DNA from: a virus
Lineage: Duplodnaviria; Caudoviricetes
Direction: 5' to 3' (one strand)
IMG/VR virus record: IMGVR_UViG_3300003969_000010
Coordinates: 1 to 37,288 of that record
DNA length: 37,288 bases
The translations under genes were made by a program, and so were the position numbers. This document shows positions 9,554 through 19,565 of the stretch, one piece after another; positions within the stretch are counted from its first letter, which is position 1; the number at the start of each line of letters is the position of its first letter. Below the pieces are notes generated by a model. The model had not been told where the DNA came from. It made no database searches and worked only from the letters and a program-made list of their open reading frames with translations.

Positions 9554-9948
9554 GCGGCTGTATCCTTTGCTGCCTTGCGCTCGGCCATGCGCTCCATGAG
9601 TGCGTTGCCCAGCGTGTGGGCCCAGTCGGTTTGCGCATCCAGCAGCAGCTCTGCGGCGCCTGCGGACCACTCCAGCGGCTGGGCCGCTTCGGGGTGGCCT
9701 GGCAGCACATCGCCCACCACTACACCGGCCCAGGCCACCATGGCCAACTGGAGCAAGGCGCGCTGCAGCACGATGTGTGCGGCGGCGTCTTCCTCCACCC
9801 CGTGCAGGCCACTGCGGCGGGCCGCCAGCACTACTTCGTGCTGGGTAGGCAGGCGCAGGGTGATGTGGCGCGGCGCGTCTTGCGCACCCACGGGCACCGC
9901 AAATTCACGGGCTGCGATGGCGTGGCGCTTGAGGTCTGACAGGTCCAT
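9544..9948 (-). CDS. Tail assembly chaperone G
   Basis: Between tube and tape measure genes; ends GCA AAA AAC TAA. Confidence 0.8.
   Translation of the reverse strand: MDLSDLKRHAIAAREFAVPVGAQDAPRHITLRLPTQHEVVLAARRSGLHGVEEDAAAHIVLQRALLQLAMVAWAGVVVGDVLPGHPEAAQPLEWSAGAAELLLDAQTDWAHTLGNALMERMAERKAAKDTAAKN
9547..9553 (-). other. -1 programmed ribosomal frameshift heptamer A AAA AAC
   Basis: X XXY YYZ heptamer in the correct phase; the -1 frame is the ORF ending at 9305. Confidence 0.75.
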
Positions 9949-9972
9949 GGGTGTGCTTTGGCTGGCTGCGGT

Positions 9973-10623
9973 TTAGGTGGCGTAGCGGGTGGCCAGTGCC
10001 AGGCCGCTGAAGGTGATGTTGTTGGTGAGTGGCGCATTTACAGCCACGGCAGGCGCGCTGTTGATGGACCAGTAGCCGTTGATGACCATGCGCGAGTTGT
10101 TGGCAAACACGATGCGGAAGGCGGCCGGGGTGGACAGGTCGCTGGCGGCTTGCACCGCGATCTGGCCTGCGAGGGCGGCGTCGTCAAACACAGTCATGCT
10201 CAGGGTCTGCGGGCTGCGCGTGGTGGGCACCTGCTTTTGCGTCCGGTCGGTGATGGTGGTGATGTCAGCAAAGCTGAGGTCGCCGCCCGATGTGTCGAAG
10301 CTCTGCACCTGGCTGATAGTCGTCCAGGCGGTGATGCGGCGAATGGTGCCTGTGCCTGTGCCAGCGGGGTAATTGGTGACGTTGGTGGTGTTGATACCCT
10401 CAAACGTGATGTCGTTGGTGGACACGGCCGACACGCGCACGATGCGGGCGTTGAGCAAGTCCCAGCCGGAGGTAACTTCCAGAAAGTCGCCCACGATCAC
10501 GCCATGGGCTGCGGCCAGTGTGGCTACGGCTGCGGCGGCGTTGGTGATTGCGGTCATGTTGACGGCAGCGCCGTAGGTGCTGGCGATGCTGAGCGTGGTG
10601 CCGGTGGCGAGGGTGATGGCCAT
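9973..10623 (-). CDS. Major tail tube protein
   Basis: 216 aa; MAITLATGT...AITNA..AVAT, GD.LEVTSGW, W..I.QV pattern of siphovirus tube proteins. Confidence 0.85.
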   Translation of the reverse strand: MAITLATGTTLSIASTYGAAVNMTAITNAAAAVATLAAAHGVIVGDFLEVTSGWDLLNARIVRVSAVSTNDITFEGINTTNVTNYPAGTGTGTIRRITAWTTISQVQSFDTSGGDLSFADITTITDRTQKQVPTTRSPQTLSMTVFDDAALAGQIAVQAASDLSTPAAFRIVFANNSRMVINGYWSINSAPAVAVNAPLTNNITFSGLALATRYAT

Positions 10624-10638
10624 GATGGAGCCTCTTGT

Positions 10639-11085
10639 TTAGGTAACGATGGTGTCTGGCGCCCCGGGGAGCACCAGGTAGGAAAACTCCCACGTCTGCA
10701 CGCGGGCGGCCAGGAGTCGGTCGGTGTCGCCATCGGCCGTGGGGCGGCTGCTGGTGATGCGCCTGCCTTGGGTAGCCAGCAGGGCCAGGGCCGCGCTGTT
10801 GGCAATAAGCACCTCTGCGGCCAGCCCAAACTCACGCGCTTGTGCAGCGGCGGTGGTGGTGTGGGCAATGACGCAGTGCACTTGCACTTGCAGGGTGCGG
10901 CGCTCCAGTCCGTTGACGACAAATGGCTCGGCGGTCTCGCCGTCCTCTTGCAGCACGATGGCGGGAAGATCGGTGGGCTGCAAAGGGTCCACACGGTCCA
11001 CCAGCACCCTCGTGCCAGCCACAGTGCCGCCAGCGGCAAGCAGGGTTTGCAGGGCGTTGAGAATGAGCTGCTGCGCGTGGGCCAT
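10639..11085 (-). CDS. Tail terminator / completion protein (gpU-like)
   Basis: Start MAHAQQLIL at 11085; R..P....LPAIV motif; synteny. Confidence 0.65.
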   Translation of the reverse strand: MAHAQQLILNALQTLLAAGGTVAGTRVLVDRVDPLQPTDLPAIVLQEDGETAEPFVVNGLERRTLQVQVHCVIAHTTTAAAQAREFGLAAEVLIANSAALALLATQGRRITSSRPTADGDTDRLLAARVQTWEFSYLVLPGAPDTIVT

Positions 11086-11087
11086 GG

Positions 11088-11372
11088 CTATGCGTTGCGC
11101 AGTTGCAGCAGGCTCATGCCTGTGCCGTCGGGCTGGTGCTCGACTACGGTGTAAGACACCCCGTTGCACACCACAGCCACGCCAACCGGGTTGGCTGGCA
11201 GGCTGGCGGTGGCAAGGGTGAGCGTGGGGCCGCTGCCCGATGCGCCGAAGGGCCCCACGTTGCCCAGTGCATAGCCCGCATCGAACAAGGCCACTGCAGC
11301 CACCCCGTTGAGGGTGCACGCTGTGCCGAATTCGGACACGTTCATGAAGGGGCTGAGGTCTTCGGCAAACAT
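11088..11372 (-). CDS. Head-tail joining protein (gpFII-like)
   Basis: 94 aa, MFAEDL..F...EF and YTVVEHQPDGTG motifs; follows the capsid gene. Confidence 0.75.
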   Translation of the reverse strand: MFAEDLSPFMNVSEFGTACTLNGVAAVALFDAGYALGNVGPFGASGSGPTLTLATASLPANPVGVAVVCNGVSYTVVEHQPDGTGMSLLQLRNA

Positions 11373-11380
11373 GGCGTGGC

Positions 11381-13249
11381 TTAGGTAGTGAGGGCGTCCA
11401 CCATGGTGGCGAAGCTCTCGGTGTTGCGGATCGCAACGTCTACGTCTTGCAGCACCACGGTGCGCAGAGTGCCAGCGGTAGAGCCTGTGTAGGGGTCTAC
11501 GATGATGTCAGTGCCGCCCCACATGCCAATCACCAGGTCAGCAAAGTTGCCGAAGATGATGGCCGAGCACACTGCGCCACTGGTGCCTTTGACCAAGTTG
11601 CTTGGCACGGCGTTGGTCACGGCGGCGTTGTAGCCGTTGACAGGAGAGGAGCCACCGTCCCACACGGGCATGCCGTTGGTGCCGGAGAACTTTTGCACTG
11701 TCTTCAGGCGGCCACGCACACGGGCGTTGGTGAGGTAGGCCATGGAGCCCACATCGGCATTGCCGATAGCGACGTTGGTTTCCAGGTCAATGATGTTTTG
11801 CCATGTGGGCGCCAAGCCGTTGGTGCCGCCAAGCACTGTGCTGGTGATGGCCGTCAAGATGCCGGAGGGCTGGTTGGATGCGCCCGTGCCGCTGATGGCG
11901 GCTTGCTGGATAGCCAGGCCCACGATGGTGGCCAAGTCAACCTGCACCATGTTTTCAACGTCGATGCTGGATTGCAGCAACAGGCGGCGAGACACATCAG
12001 TGAACGCGCCAACGGTCTTGGGCGTCATGGTAATCTGGGCAATGGTTTGCTGGCTCTCAGCGGGTGCGGAGTTTTCAGCAACCCAGAAGGCGCTGGCTGC
12101 AGCCGACTGCTTGGGGATGGCAATGTTGCCTTGCAAGCCTGTGAGCATGCGGGTGCCCAGGCCATTGATGACCATGGCGTTGCGCAGCACGCTGATGAAG
12201 TCGCCGGCCAACATGTCCGTGGCCACGGTGAAGCCGCCCTGGTTGCCGGTGCCGGCTGTCAGGTCACGCTTTTGCACATCTGTTGGCAGGTAGAAGCCGC
12301 GTGCGGCCTTGCCCATTTTGTCGCCCACGGCTTCGGAGCACTCGCGCTCAAAGCGGGCAGCCTCTTGGGCGGCGCGGTCTTGCGGGTTGGCCATGGCGTT
12401 CATGGCACGCAGCAGGCTGTAGCGCTTGACTTCTTTTTTGTCCATGCCAATGTCGCTGGTGGGCAGTGGCTTGGTAGAGAGCTTTTCCAGTGCTTCGCGC
12501 TGGAATGCTTCCACGGTGAGGCCGCGCTGGATAGCGGACATGGCAAGGTCAGCACCACCGGGGATGGTGGCGGCGATTTTGGAGATTTCGGCGGCGTGGT
12601 TGCGCTGCTCGGAGACGACGATTTCGGTCATGGTTTTTTCCTGAGTAAGGGAAGGAAGGGGGGTAGGTGCAGAAAGGGGCGCGGGCTCGGAGCTGCTTTG
12701 CAGCGCTTCGGGCTCGATGGGGTCGGCGCTGGCGCTGCGGCCAATGCCAACGGTGGCATCTGCTGGTACGGATACCAGCGAAACTTCAAAGGGTTCCCAG
12801 TCGGTGACGCGGTAGGTTTCCAGCCCATCCTTGGTCTCAACTAGCACTGCCTTGTGGATCATGTAGCCGACGGATACGTTGCGGCGGATGCCGTCACGCA
12901 CGTCTTGCCACACTTCTTCTGCGCGAGCGCTTTTTCCAAAACGCACTACGGCGCGACCTACCCGGTCGGCGCCGATGTCTACAGAATCAATAACGCCCAC
13001 GACGTCTTTGCTGTCGTGGTCGCATAAGAGGTTGGCACCGCTGCACAGGCGGCCTGTGCGCATGGCGCTGGCGCTGCAGTCCAGCACTTCAACACCCCAG
13101 TAGCGCTCGTAGGGCTGCTCGCTGGCAAAGGCCAGGGTGGCGGTGCGGTTGGTTTCGTCTATGGCCTGACGCTCTACCAGCAGTGCACGTTCGGTGCGCC
13201 CGGCGGCTAGGTGGCGGTGCAGGCCATCAGGGATGGGTTTGGTGCTCAT
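11381..13249 (-). CDS. Fused prohead protease + HK97-fold major capsid protein (622 aa)
   Basis: N-terminal protease motifs (LLCDHD, VSVGY, WEPFEVSLVSVPAD), Pro/Ser linker, then capsid motifs (GGFTV, WVAE, FGNF). Confidence 0.92.
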   Translation of the reverse strand: MSTKPIPDGLHRHLAAGRTERALLVERQAIDETNRTATLAFASEQPYERYWGVEVLDCSASAMRTGRLCSGANLLCDHDSKDVVGVIDSVDIGADRVGRAVVRFGKSARAEEVWQDVRDGIRRNVSVGYMIHKAVLVETKDGLETYRVTDWEPFEVSLVSVPADATVGIGRSASADPIEPEALQSSSEPAPLSAPTPLPSLTQEKTMTEIVVSEQRNHAAEISKIAATIPGGADLAMSAIQRGLTVEAFQREALEKLSTKPLPTSDIGMDKKEVKRYSLLRAMNAMANPQDRAAQEAARFERECSEAVGDKMGKAARGFYLPTDVQKRDLTAGTGNQGGFTVATDMLAGDFISVLRNAMVINGLGTRMLTGLQGNIAIPKQSAAASAFWVAENSAPAESQQTIAQITMTPKTVGAFTDVSRRLLLQSSIDVENMVQVDLATIVGLAIQQAAISGTGASNQPSGILTAITSTVLGGTNGLAPTWQNIIDLETNVAIGNADVGSMAYLTNARVRGRLKTVQKFSGTNGMPVWDGGSSPVNGYNAAVTNAVPSNLVKGTSGAVCSAIIFGNFADLVIGMWGGTDIIVDPYTGSTAGTLRTVVLQDVDVAIRNTESFATMVDALTT

Positions 13250-13269
13250 GGCCGCTACTGTGCGGCGCA

Positions 13270-13305
13270 GGGTGTACGGTTTTTAAGACAAAAAAGCGGA
13301 CGGTT
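13270..13305 (-). promoter_or_regulatory. 36-bp element copy 2, putative activator-dependent late promoter for the capsid operon
   Basis: Identical to 20142-20177; ends about 21 nt upstream of the capsid ATG. Confidence 0.7.
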
Positions 13306-13311
13306 TTGCAA

Positions 13312-13509
13312 TTATTTGCGGCGCGGGTGGCGCGCGCCAATGCGCATGAAAACATGGTTGGAGGGGCCATCTACCCGGCGGTTGTAAATGTTGTTGGCAA
13401 TGGCTTGGTAAGCATCTATCTTGGGTGCCGCGGCGGGTGGCGTGGACTCGGTTGGCCCCCAGGCATTGCCCCACGCCTTACCCCAAGACTTGCCCCATGC
13501 GCTGGCCAT
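13312..13509 (-). CDS. Small hypothetical protein with WG repeats (65 aa)
   Basis: MASAWGKSWGKAWGNAWG...; ATG directly abuts the stop of the 1511-aa gene. Confidence 0.6.
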   Translation of the reverse strand: MASAWGKSWGKAWGNAWGPTESTPPAAAPKIDAYQAIANNIYNRRVDGPSNHVFMRIGARHPRRK

Positions 13510-16500
13510 CTACGGATTCCAAGGGTCTAGATCCGTCCCAGTGCCGCGGATCGTGATGGCGTTTACCTGCTCCACGTTTGACGCAATCGGCGTGGCCGTG
13601 GCCGCATTCAGCACCGCTGCGGCGATGGCCGCCGAGGTGGGCGGTGTTGTCGGGGCGGTGTACCCTGCGCTGGAGAGGCGGCTGCTGATAGTTGCATCCA
13701 CGCGGGCCAGCTCTGTCGAGAGCTCTGCCCTCACTGCTGTGGCAACGGCGGCAGCAGACGGTGCGCTGCCTGCGCTCACGGAGCTAACGGCTACGTCCAG
13801 GCGGGCCAGCTCGGTGGCCAGGTTGCTGCGCACGGCGCTGGCGTTGCTGCCTGCGCTGGGTATTGCCGCCAACACGGTGGACACATCCCCGGTTATCACG
13901 TTGACCCCGCCCACAGTGACGATGGAGTAATCGGGCACGCCCGAATAGTCGTTGTGGATCGAGTAGCTGCTGGGCGCGATGATGCTGGAGCCATCGGAGC
14001 GGTACAGGCGCACATCGGTATCGGTAAAGCGCAGCGCTGTGGCCGCGTTCACGTTTTCGATCATGATGTTGGCAATGTCCACGTTGATGCGGATCTCGCT
14101 GGCTGACAGGTAGGTGACGCCGCCGTAAAAGTTGGTAATGCCTATGCCAGTGGTAAGCACCCAGCTATACCAAGCACCTAGGCGGGTCTTTGTGGTAGCA
14201 CCGTCCAGGTCGTTGGCGTCGATGTAGATGTGGCCGGTCACATCGCCCGTGAATTCGGGGATGTTGCTGCCGTCTATGCCCCATGTTGCGTAAATCGGGT
14301 CTACGGGCTGGCTGACCAAGAACGTGAGGCCTGTCGCGGTCCAGATACCGAACGCCTCGCCCGCAATACGCCCTAGCTTGCACGCACGCAGCCGCACGGT
14401 GTCGCCAACCGTCACACCACTGGACACCACAAAGCTGTAGGCCGTGCCGGTCACAAAGGCGTTGTTGAGCTCGGTGCCGGTGGTGACGTTGAAAAGCTGC
14501 ACCCGCGTGTCTTCCAACACCGTGGCGGTGGCCGCAGCCGGGAAAACTGGCACAAAGGTGGTGCCATCGTCGGCCATGTGGCTTGTAAAGTCCGGGTGTT
14601 GGGCCCCTGCGTAGGTGACTACGCGCACACCCTTCAAAGCTGCGCCAGTGTCGCCGTAGACAGGGCCGCGAATGGTCTTAAAGCTGCTGCCGCTGGTCTG
14701 CACCAAGTCATGCCAGTTGAATGCGGGCTTGCCTTGGAACGTGCCACCAAGGCCGAGGTTGTAGCGAATCCAGCGCATGAGCGTTTGGCCCGTGTTGCCT
14801 GCTGCTGAGTCAGTAATGGTGATGCTGTAGGGTCGGCCATTCCACGTTACCGGGCTTGCGCCGTGGTCGGTGATGGCGGGTGATCCGTTCACCGTGGGCG
14901 CGCCAGTGGGCAAGCCGTTGGAAACAGGATTCAAGCCAATCACGTATAGCTGGTCTTCCAGGGCGCCGTATGTTGCGATCGCATTGGTTTCAGCCTGGTC
15001 GAAGCCGTCAGCCTGCACCTTGAGCGTGAGCCAGTTCCTGCGGTCAAAGTTGCCGTGGGTTGCATCGCCAAAGACTTGGATAAGCTGGTCAATCTGTCCG
15101 GTGGTGGCCGCGTTGGTCGTGGTGCCGCCGTCCGTTTGTTGGTAGCGGATTTGCAGCCCTGCGGCTGTGTCTACCGAGTACAGGGCCGCATAGATCATTG
15201 TTGCCACACCGGAAGCCGTGTAGCGCAGTCCGTCCCGGCTCAATAGGTTGACGCCTGCGGAGAATTCCCAGCCTTCCAGCGTGAAGCTGTTGGGCCCGTT
15301 GCTGGATATGGGGAATGCCCGGTTACGCAGAGCGCTCTGAGCGATCCAGCTTTCAATCATGAAGCTGTACCAGTTCTGCACGGTGGTGGCTGTCGTTACC
15401 GTAAATCGGCTGGTCCCCGTGTTGACCGTGGCCGTGGTGCCGAAGTTCAGCCCCGTGGACGCCACATAGGAGCGGTCCACCACTTGCGAAATGGGAGTTG
15501 TAACTACTGCGCTGTTGACCACCAAGCCCGTCACACGAATGGGCAAGCGCCCTGCGCGCATGACGGTGTAATCCACAGTCGTATCTGAGCCACCAGCTTG
15601 GCTCCAATTGAATGTGGTTCCGCTGGAGTTGGTTCTGGCTAACTCGTTGGTAGTGCTGCCTGCAGTGTAAACCACCACTTGAGAGCCTGCAACCAAGCCG
15701 GTGAAGGCCAGGCCCTGCGTGACCGTTGGCACATCCACGGTGATGTTCAGTGCTGCCAGTGCCCCGCCTGTTGGGGTGTAGCTGGTGCCTGCGGGTAGCT
15801 GCACAGTCACTGCGCCGCCGCTTGAGTTTGCCAGCTCCACCGTACCACCAAAAGACGTTGCGCCCATAGCGTAAGTGCCAGTGGCTTGAAACTCAATGAC
15901 CGTGCCCGATAGCTTGTAGGTGTGCGTTCCGGCAGCGGCAAGCAACAAACGACCGCCCACCAGCGTGCCATCAGCGCCCATACCGGGCCAGCTCAAGCGG
16001 CAAGTGGTCGGCAATGCAAAGTTGTTGCCGTCTGTGCTTGTGAGTAGCACCGGGCCTGTCAAGTTGGCACAAGCCCATGCCTGTGTGTAGTCGTAGAGTC
16101 GGCGGAATGTATTGGCAGTGCCTGCGCCTACGGTGATCTGTGGTGTAACCGTGTTGATGGTTACGCCTGTGTAAGCAAATGCCGTAGCCTCTACGGCCTC
16201 TTGAATGGCCGGATTGACCACGCGCACCGGGTTGGCTTCGTCAAAGGTAAAGCCGTAGTGCCTGCACTTGGTCACGAATGGGTTATCTGGCACGCCATCA
16301 AAGTACACCACGTTTGTCAGGCCGCTGGAGCTTGTGGCGGTGTAGGTCAGCACGAAACTACCATCGGCCCCGCTAGAGTTGGTGACGTTGCCCGTGTCCC
16401 ATAGCTGCCAGCTTGTGTTGTTTGCAGCCGTGAAGCCTCCCCACGCACTGCCCAAGCCCGTGATCGCCACCGTTGCAGCCACGTTGGTGGCATGACTCTT

Positions 16501-18045
16501 CTGCACATAGCCAACAATCCGCACGGAGGAGCCAGCCGCGCACGGGATGGATAACGTGCGCTGACTGGGCGTAGCCAGCTTGGTTGGCCCGATGGCGATG
16601 CTTGAGGTGCTTCGGCGCTTGATGGTGTTCTCGCGCTTGATGCTCATGAACGGGCGGTAAATCTCCTGCACCGTAATGTCACCCCCACGATTGACGAATG
16701 TAAGGGCGTGAGCCGCAATGCAGTTGCCAATGTCGGTAAGCGCCAACGTTTGAGAAGAACTGTCGGTAAGGGTGTTGCTGACAATCAGCCCGTGTGTGTC
16801 TGCACTGCCGTTGGTCGTGGTGCTACCGTTGACGGCGTTGAAGGTGCCCACGTTCATGCGAGCGCCAGCGATAGTGCCGTTGTTGTGCCTGATGCCCACA
16901 AGGTTGGAGTAAATCTCCAAGTCTCTGGCCACTGTACCTGTACCAACAAGGTTGAAGCCCACACCAGACGCACCAGACACAAAGCCATCATTGAACGTCA
17001 CACCAGCATCAGAGCCGCCAATGCCGCCATTTGCCGATCCGCCAGTTGCGCGAAAAATTCCAAAGTCGGAATAAGTCGTGCCTGTTGAGTTCGTGCCAGC
17101 GGCCTGCATCGCGTTGTAATCGTCAATCATCTGCGTGGAGTAGAAGATGTTGCGGTTAAACGTAAACGGGGAACCAACTTCACCGAGGCCGAAGCCGTGC
17201 GTGACGTTGTTGTAAAACGGGCAGTCGTTGATTGTGATATTCAGAGAATTTGGTGAAACGCGCTGTTGGTCACGTATGGAGAGTGTGGCGCGTGATTCAT
17301 AGTCGTCGTTGCGCATTCCCTGAAAAAGCACGTTTGAGAATGTCTTTGCGTTCAGCGTCCCTGAATAGGACAGCTCATTCATCACATGGGCGCGGCCTGA
17401 CTGCGCCGGGGTTCTAAAAACCACGTTGCTGGTGAAATTGCCAACATGCCCACCTATTGCGTGAGCAAAGGCTGCGCTTCCTGTCCATGAAATAACACCT
17501 GTGCCAGTGTTCACGGCAGTCAACACAACTTCGTCAGTGCGCGGTGTTGCGTTGTAGGCCTGCGTAGTGCCAAAAACAATCCGGTCGCCAACTTGCCAGC
17601 CCGTGGCGTTGGCTACCGTGGCAGTGGTAGACGTTCCGCCGGAAGTGGTGATTGCTGTCAGAAGCGTGGTCTTGCGCCTGCGAGAAAACCCGCTGAGAGT
17701 AACAATGGAAGTGCCCCGATAGCCAAGGCGACGATCATCCGTGGTGCCTGCGTTGTTCAGCACAATCTCAGAGGTGATGGACGCGCTACCCGTCATGTTG
17801 ACTGTGTGCGTACCGAAAACCCTTCCACCGTTCTGCAAGGTCAGTCGGTTACTGGCCACGGTGGAAGCCACCAGCGAGCCACCCTCATCCACGGTAAGCG
17901 TGAGGCCCACACAAGATGTGTTGTCTTGCGTGACTACGTGAGGGCTGGCAATTACTACATCGTCAGCAGCGGTGGGAACTCGGGCCAAATCCCAAGTGCC
18001 TGCTGCGCTCCAGTTGCCACTTGCGGCGGAGGTTATGGTTGGCAT
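13510..18045 (-). CDS. Large beta-rich protein (1511 aa), possible virion fibre/adhesin with G8-like N-terminus
   Basis: Long uninterrupted ORF starting 3 nt after the portal stop; SGNWS...TW...VPTAADDVVI start; Thr/Gly/Asn-rich. Confidence 0.75.
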   Translation of the reverse strand: MPTITSAASGNWSAAGTWDLARVPTAADDVVIASPHVVTQDNTSCVGLTLTVDEGGSLVASTVASNRLTLQNGGRVFGTHTVNMTGSASITSEIVLNNAGTTDDRRLGYRGTSIVTLSGFSRRRKTTLLTAITTSGGTSTTATVANATGWQVGDRIVFGTTQAYNATPRTDEVVLTAVNTGTGVISWTGSAAFAHAIGGHVGNFTSNVVFRTPAQSGRAHVMNELSYSGTLNAKTFSNVLFQGMRNDDYESRATLSIRDQQRVSPNSLNITINDCPFYNNVTHGFGLGEVGSPFTFNRNIFYSTQMIDDYNAMQAAGTNSTGTTYSDFGIFRATGGSANGGIGGSDAGVTFNDGFVSGASGVGFNLVGTGTVARDLEIYSNLVGIRHNNGTIAGARMNVGTFNAVNGSTTTNGSADTHGLIVSNTLTDSSSQTLALTDIGNCIAAHALTFVNRGGDITVQEIYRPFMSIKRENTIKRRSTSSIAIGPTKLATPSQRTLSIPCAAGSSVRIVGYVQKSHATNVAATVAITGLGSAWGGFTAANNTSWQLWDTGNVTNSSGADGSFVLTYTATSSSGLTNVVYFDGVPDNPFVTKCRHYGFTFDEANPVRVVNPAIQEAVEATAFAYTGVTINTVTPQITVGAGTANTFRRLYDYTQAWACANLTGPVLLTSTDGNNFALPTTCRLSWPGMGADGTLVGGRLLLAAAGTHTYKLSGTVIEFQATGTYAMGATSFGGTVELANSSGGAVTVQLPAGTSYTPTGGALAALNITVDVPTVTQGLAFTGLVAGSQVVVYTAGSTTNELARTNSSGTTFNWSQAGGSDTTVDYTVMRAGRLPIRVTGLVVNSAVVTTPISQVVDRSYVASTGLNFGTTATVNTGTSRFTVTTATTVQNWYSFMIESWIAQSALRNRAFPISSNGPNSFTLEGWEFSAGVNLLSRDGLRYTASGVATMIYAALYSVDTAAGLQIRYQQTDGGTTTNAATTGQIDQLIQVFGDATHGNFDRRNWLTLKVQADGFDQAETNAIATYGALEDQLYVIGLNPVSNGLPTGAPTVNGSPAITDHGASPVTWNGRPYSITITDSAAGNTGQTLMRWIRYNLGLGGTFQGKPAFNWHDLVQTSGSSFKTIRGPVYGDTGAALKGVRVVTYAGAQHPDFTSHMADDGTTFVPVFPAAATATVLEDTRVQLFNVTTGTELNNAFVTGTAYSFVVSSGVTVGDTVRLRACKLGRIAGEAFGIWTATGLTFLVSQPVDPIYATWGIDGSNIPEFTGDVTGHIYIDANDLDGATTKTRLGAWYSWVLTTGIGITNFYGGVTYLSASEIRINVDIANIMIENVNAATALRFTDTDVRLYRSDGSSIIAPSSYSIHNDYSGVPDYSIVTVGGVNVITGDVSTVLAAIPSAGSNASAVRSNLATELARLDVAVSSVSAGSAPSAAAVATAVRAELSTELARVDATISSRLSSAGYTAPTTPPTSAAIAAAVLNAATATPIASNVEQVNAITIRGTGTDLDPWNP

Positions 18046-18048
18046 GGG

Positions 18049-19551
18049 TTAGCCCCCCGCTGCGGCTGCAACTTTGGGAGGACTTTGCTGCGCGCCTGGT
18101 GTGGGGTCGTAAGCGGTGAGCTGCACGCCAAGATTGGCGGCCTGGTCTTGTGCGTATGCAATGGCGGTGAGCACGTCGTCAAAGTCGTAGCCCATGGAGG
18201 ATGCCAAGTCTTGCGGGGACATGATGCCGGCCTTGACGGCGAGTATTTTGGCTTCCATGTCGCCTTTGGGGTCTACCCACTCCCAGCGCCGGGGTTGCCA
18301 GTCGTGCCGGGAAAACTTGGCCAGCTTTGAGGCGGGCAGCGGGCTGCCGTTGGGCATGGTGATGGCGCCCATAAGCAGCGCGGTTTGCAGCCACGCCTGG
18401 TACACGGGCTCCATGAAGGCGGCAATGAACCATTCCTGGTCGTCGCTCCAGCGGTCGCGCTCTTCCAGGCTGCCGCTGCGGATGCTGCTGTAGCTCACGC
18501 CCTCCAGGTCATTGGCCAGGCTGTGATAGGCCACGCGCCAGCCGGAGGCGATGCGCTGCAAGGTGGTTTTGACGAAGGGGCCAAAGACTTCGTTGGGGTA
18601 TTTGCTTTCGTAGGCCTGAAACCCCACGCCGCTGGGCAGTGTGTCAAACGTGCCGGGCTGGCTGGCGGTAACGGTGACGCCAGCCTCATCAGTGCCAAGG
18701 GGGCTTTGGCCGTCTGGGGTGGTAAAGAAGCCGTAGTGGTTGGCGCCGTGCTCGGCAGCCAGCAGCGCAGACAGCTTGAAGTTGCCCAGGTGGTGCAGGC
18801 TGATCATGCCGGGCGCCATCCATGGGATGCCGCGCAGTTGCTCGGCGCGCTCCACTTTGAAGCGGTGCAGGGTGTCGTTGATGTCCAAGCGCATGCGCTG
18901 GCGGCTGCTGGTGGCGCCGTCATTGGGGTGCGCCACAAACAGGTGCAGGGCCACGGGGCGGCGGTACGCGTTGACTTCTACGCCCATGATGACGGCGTTG
19001 CTGTTGGCGGTGGCGCCCTGGTTGTAAGAGGTGTCTATGCGGTCTACATCAATGATTTGCAGGGCGAGGCCGTATTTGTTGCCGGACTCTTGGCCACGCA
19101 CCATGCGCACCAGGAATTCTCCGTCGGCCGGCAGGCCACCCACCAAAGTTGCGCACATGTCGCGCAGGGTTTGCTGGCCGGTAATGTCGCAGTGCTGGCC
19201 CCAGTCACGCCAAGCGGCCTCTATGGCTGCGTTGGCTAGGCGGTCGGGGCTGCCAGGTTTGTCTTCCACCCGCACTTGCAGGCGTATGCCACCGGGGCCA
19301 ATGATGTTGTTTTTGACCATACCCACAAATTTGGTGGCGTAGTCGTTGTTGAGCGCCAGGTCGCGGCCGCGCGCACGGGTGCGGTTGAGGTCGTTGCGCA
19401 GGTCTTGGTTGATGGACTGCTCGGTGGCCATCCAGTCACCAGTGAGGCGGTCTAGCCGAGCGGCTTGCAGGCGGCGAAACTGGGGCGCCGGGGAGCTAAA
19501 TACGCGCGCAAGACTGGTACGGGCGCGCTGCAGTAGGCTGGGTGTTTTCAT
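18049..19551 (-). CDS. Portal protein, lambda gpB family (500 aa)
   Basis: RARGRDL..NNDY, GVEVN.Y.RPVA, Q.RGIPW, YSSIR, WVDP motifs. Start MKTPSL at 19551. Confidence 0.92.
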   Translation of the reverse strand: MKTPSLLQRARTSLARVFSSPAPQFRRLQAARLDRLTGDWMATEQSINQDLRNDLNRTRARGRDLALNNDYATKFVGMVKNNIIGPGGIRLQVRVEDKPGSPDRLANAAIEAAWRDWGQHCDITGQQTLRDMCATLVGGLPADGEFLVRMVRGQESGNKYGLALQIIDVDRIDTSYNQGATANSNAVIMGVEVNAYRRPVALHLFVAHPNDGATSSRQRMRLDINDTLHRFKVERAEQLRGIPWMAPGMISLHHLGNFKLSALLAAEHGANHYGFFTTPDGQSPLGTDEAGVTVTASQPGTFDTLPSGVGFQAYESKYPNEVFGPFVKTTLQRIASGWRVAYHSLANDLEGVSYSSIRSGSLEERDRWSDDQEWFIAAFMEPVYQAWLQTALLMGAITMPNGSPLPASKLAKFSRHDWQPRRWEWVDPKGDMEAKILAVKAGIMSPQDLASSMGYDFDDVLTAIAYAQDQAANLGVQLTAYDPTPGAQQSPPKVAAAAGG

Positions 19552-19565
19552 GGCGGTGGGAGTGC

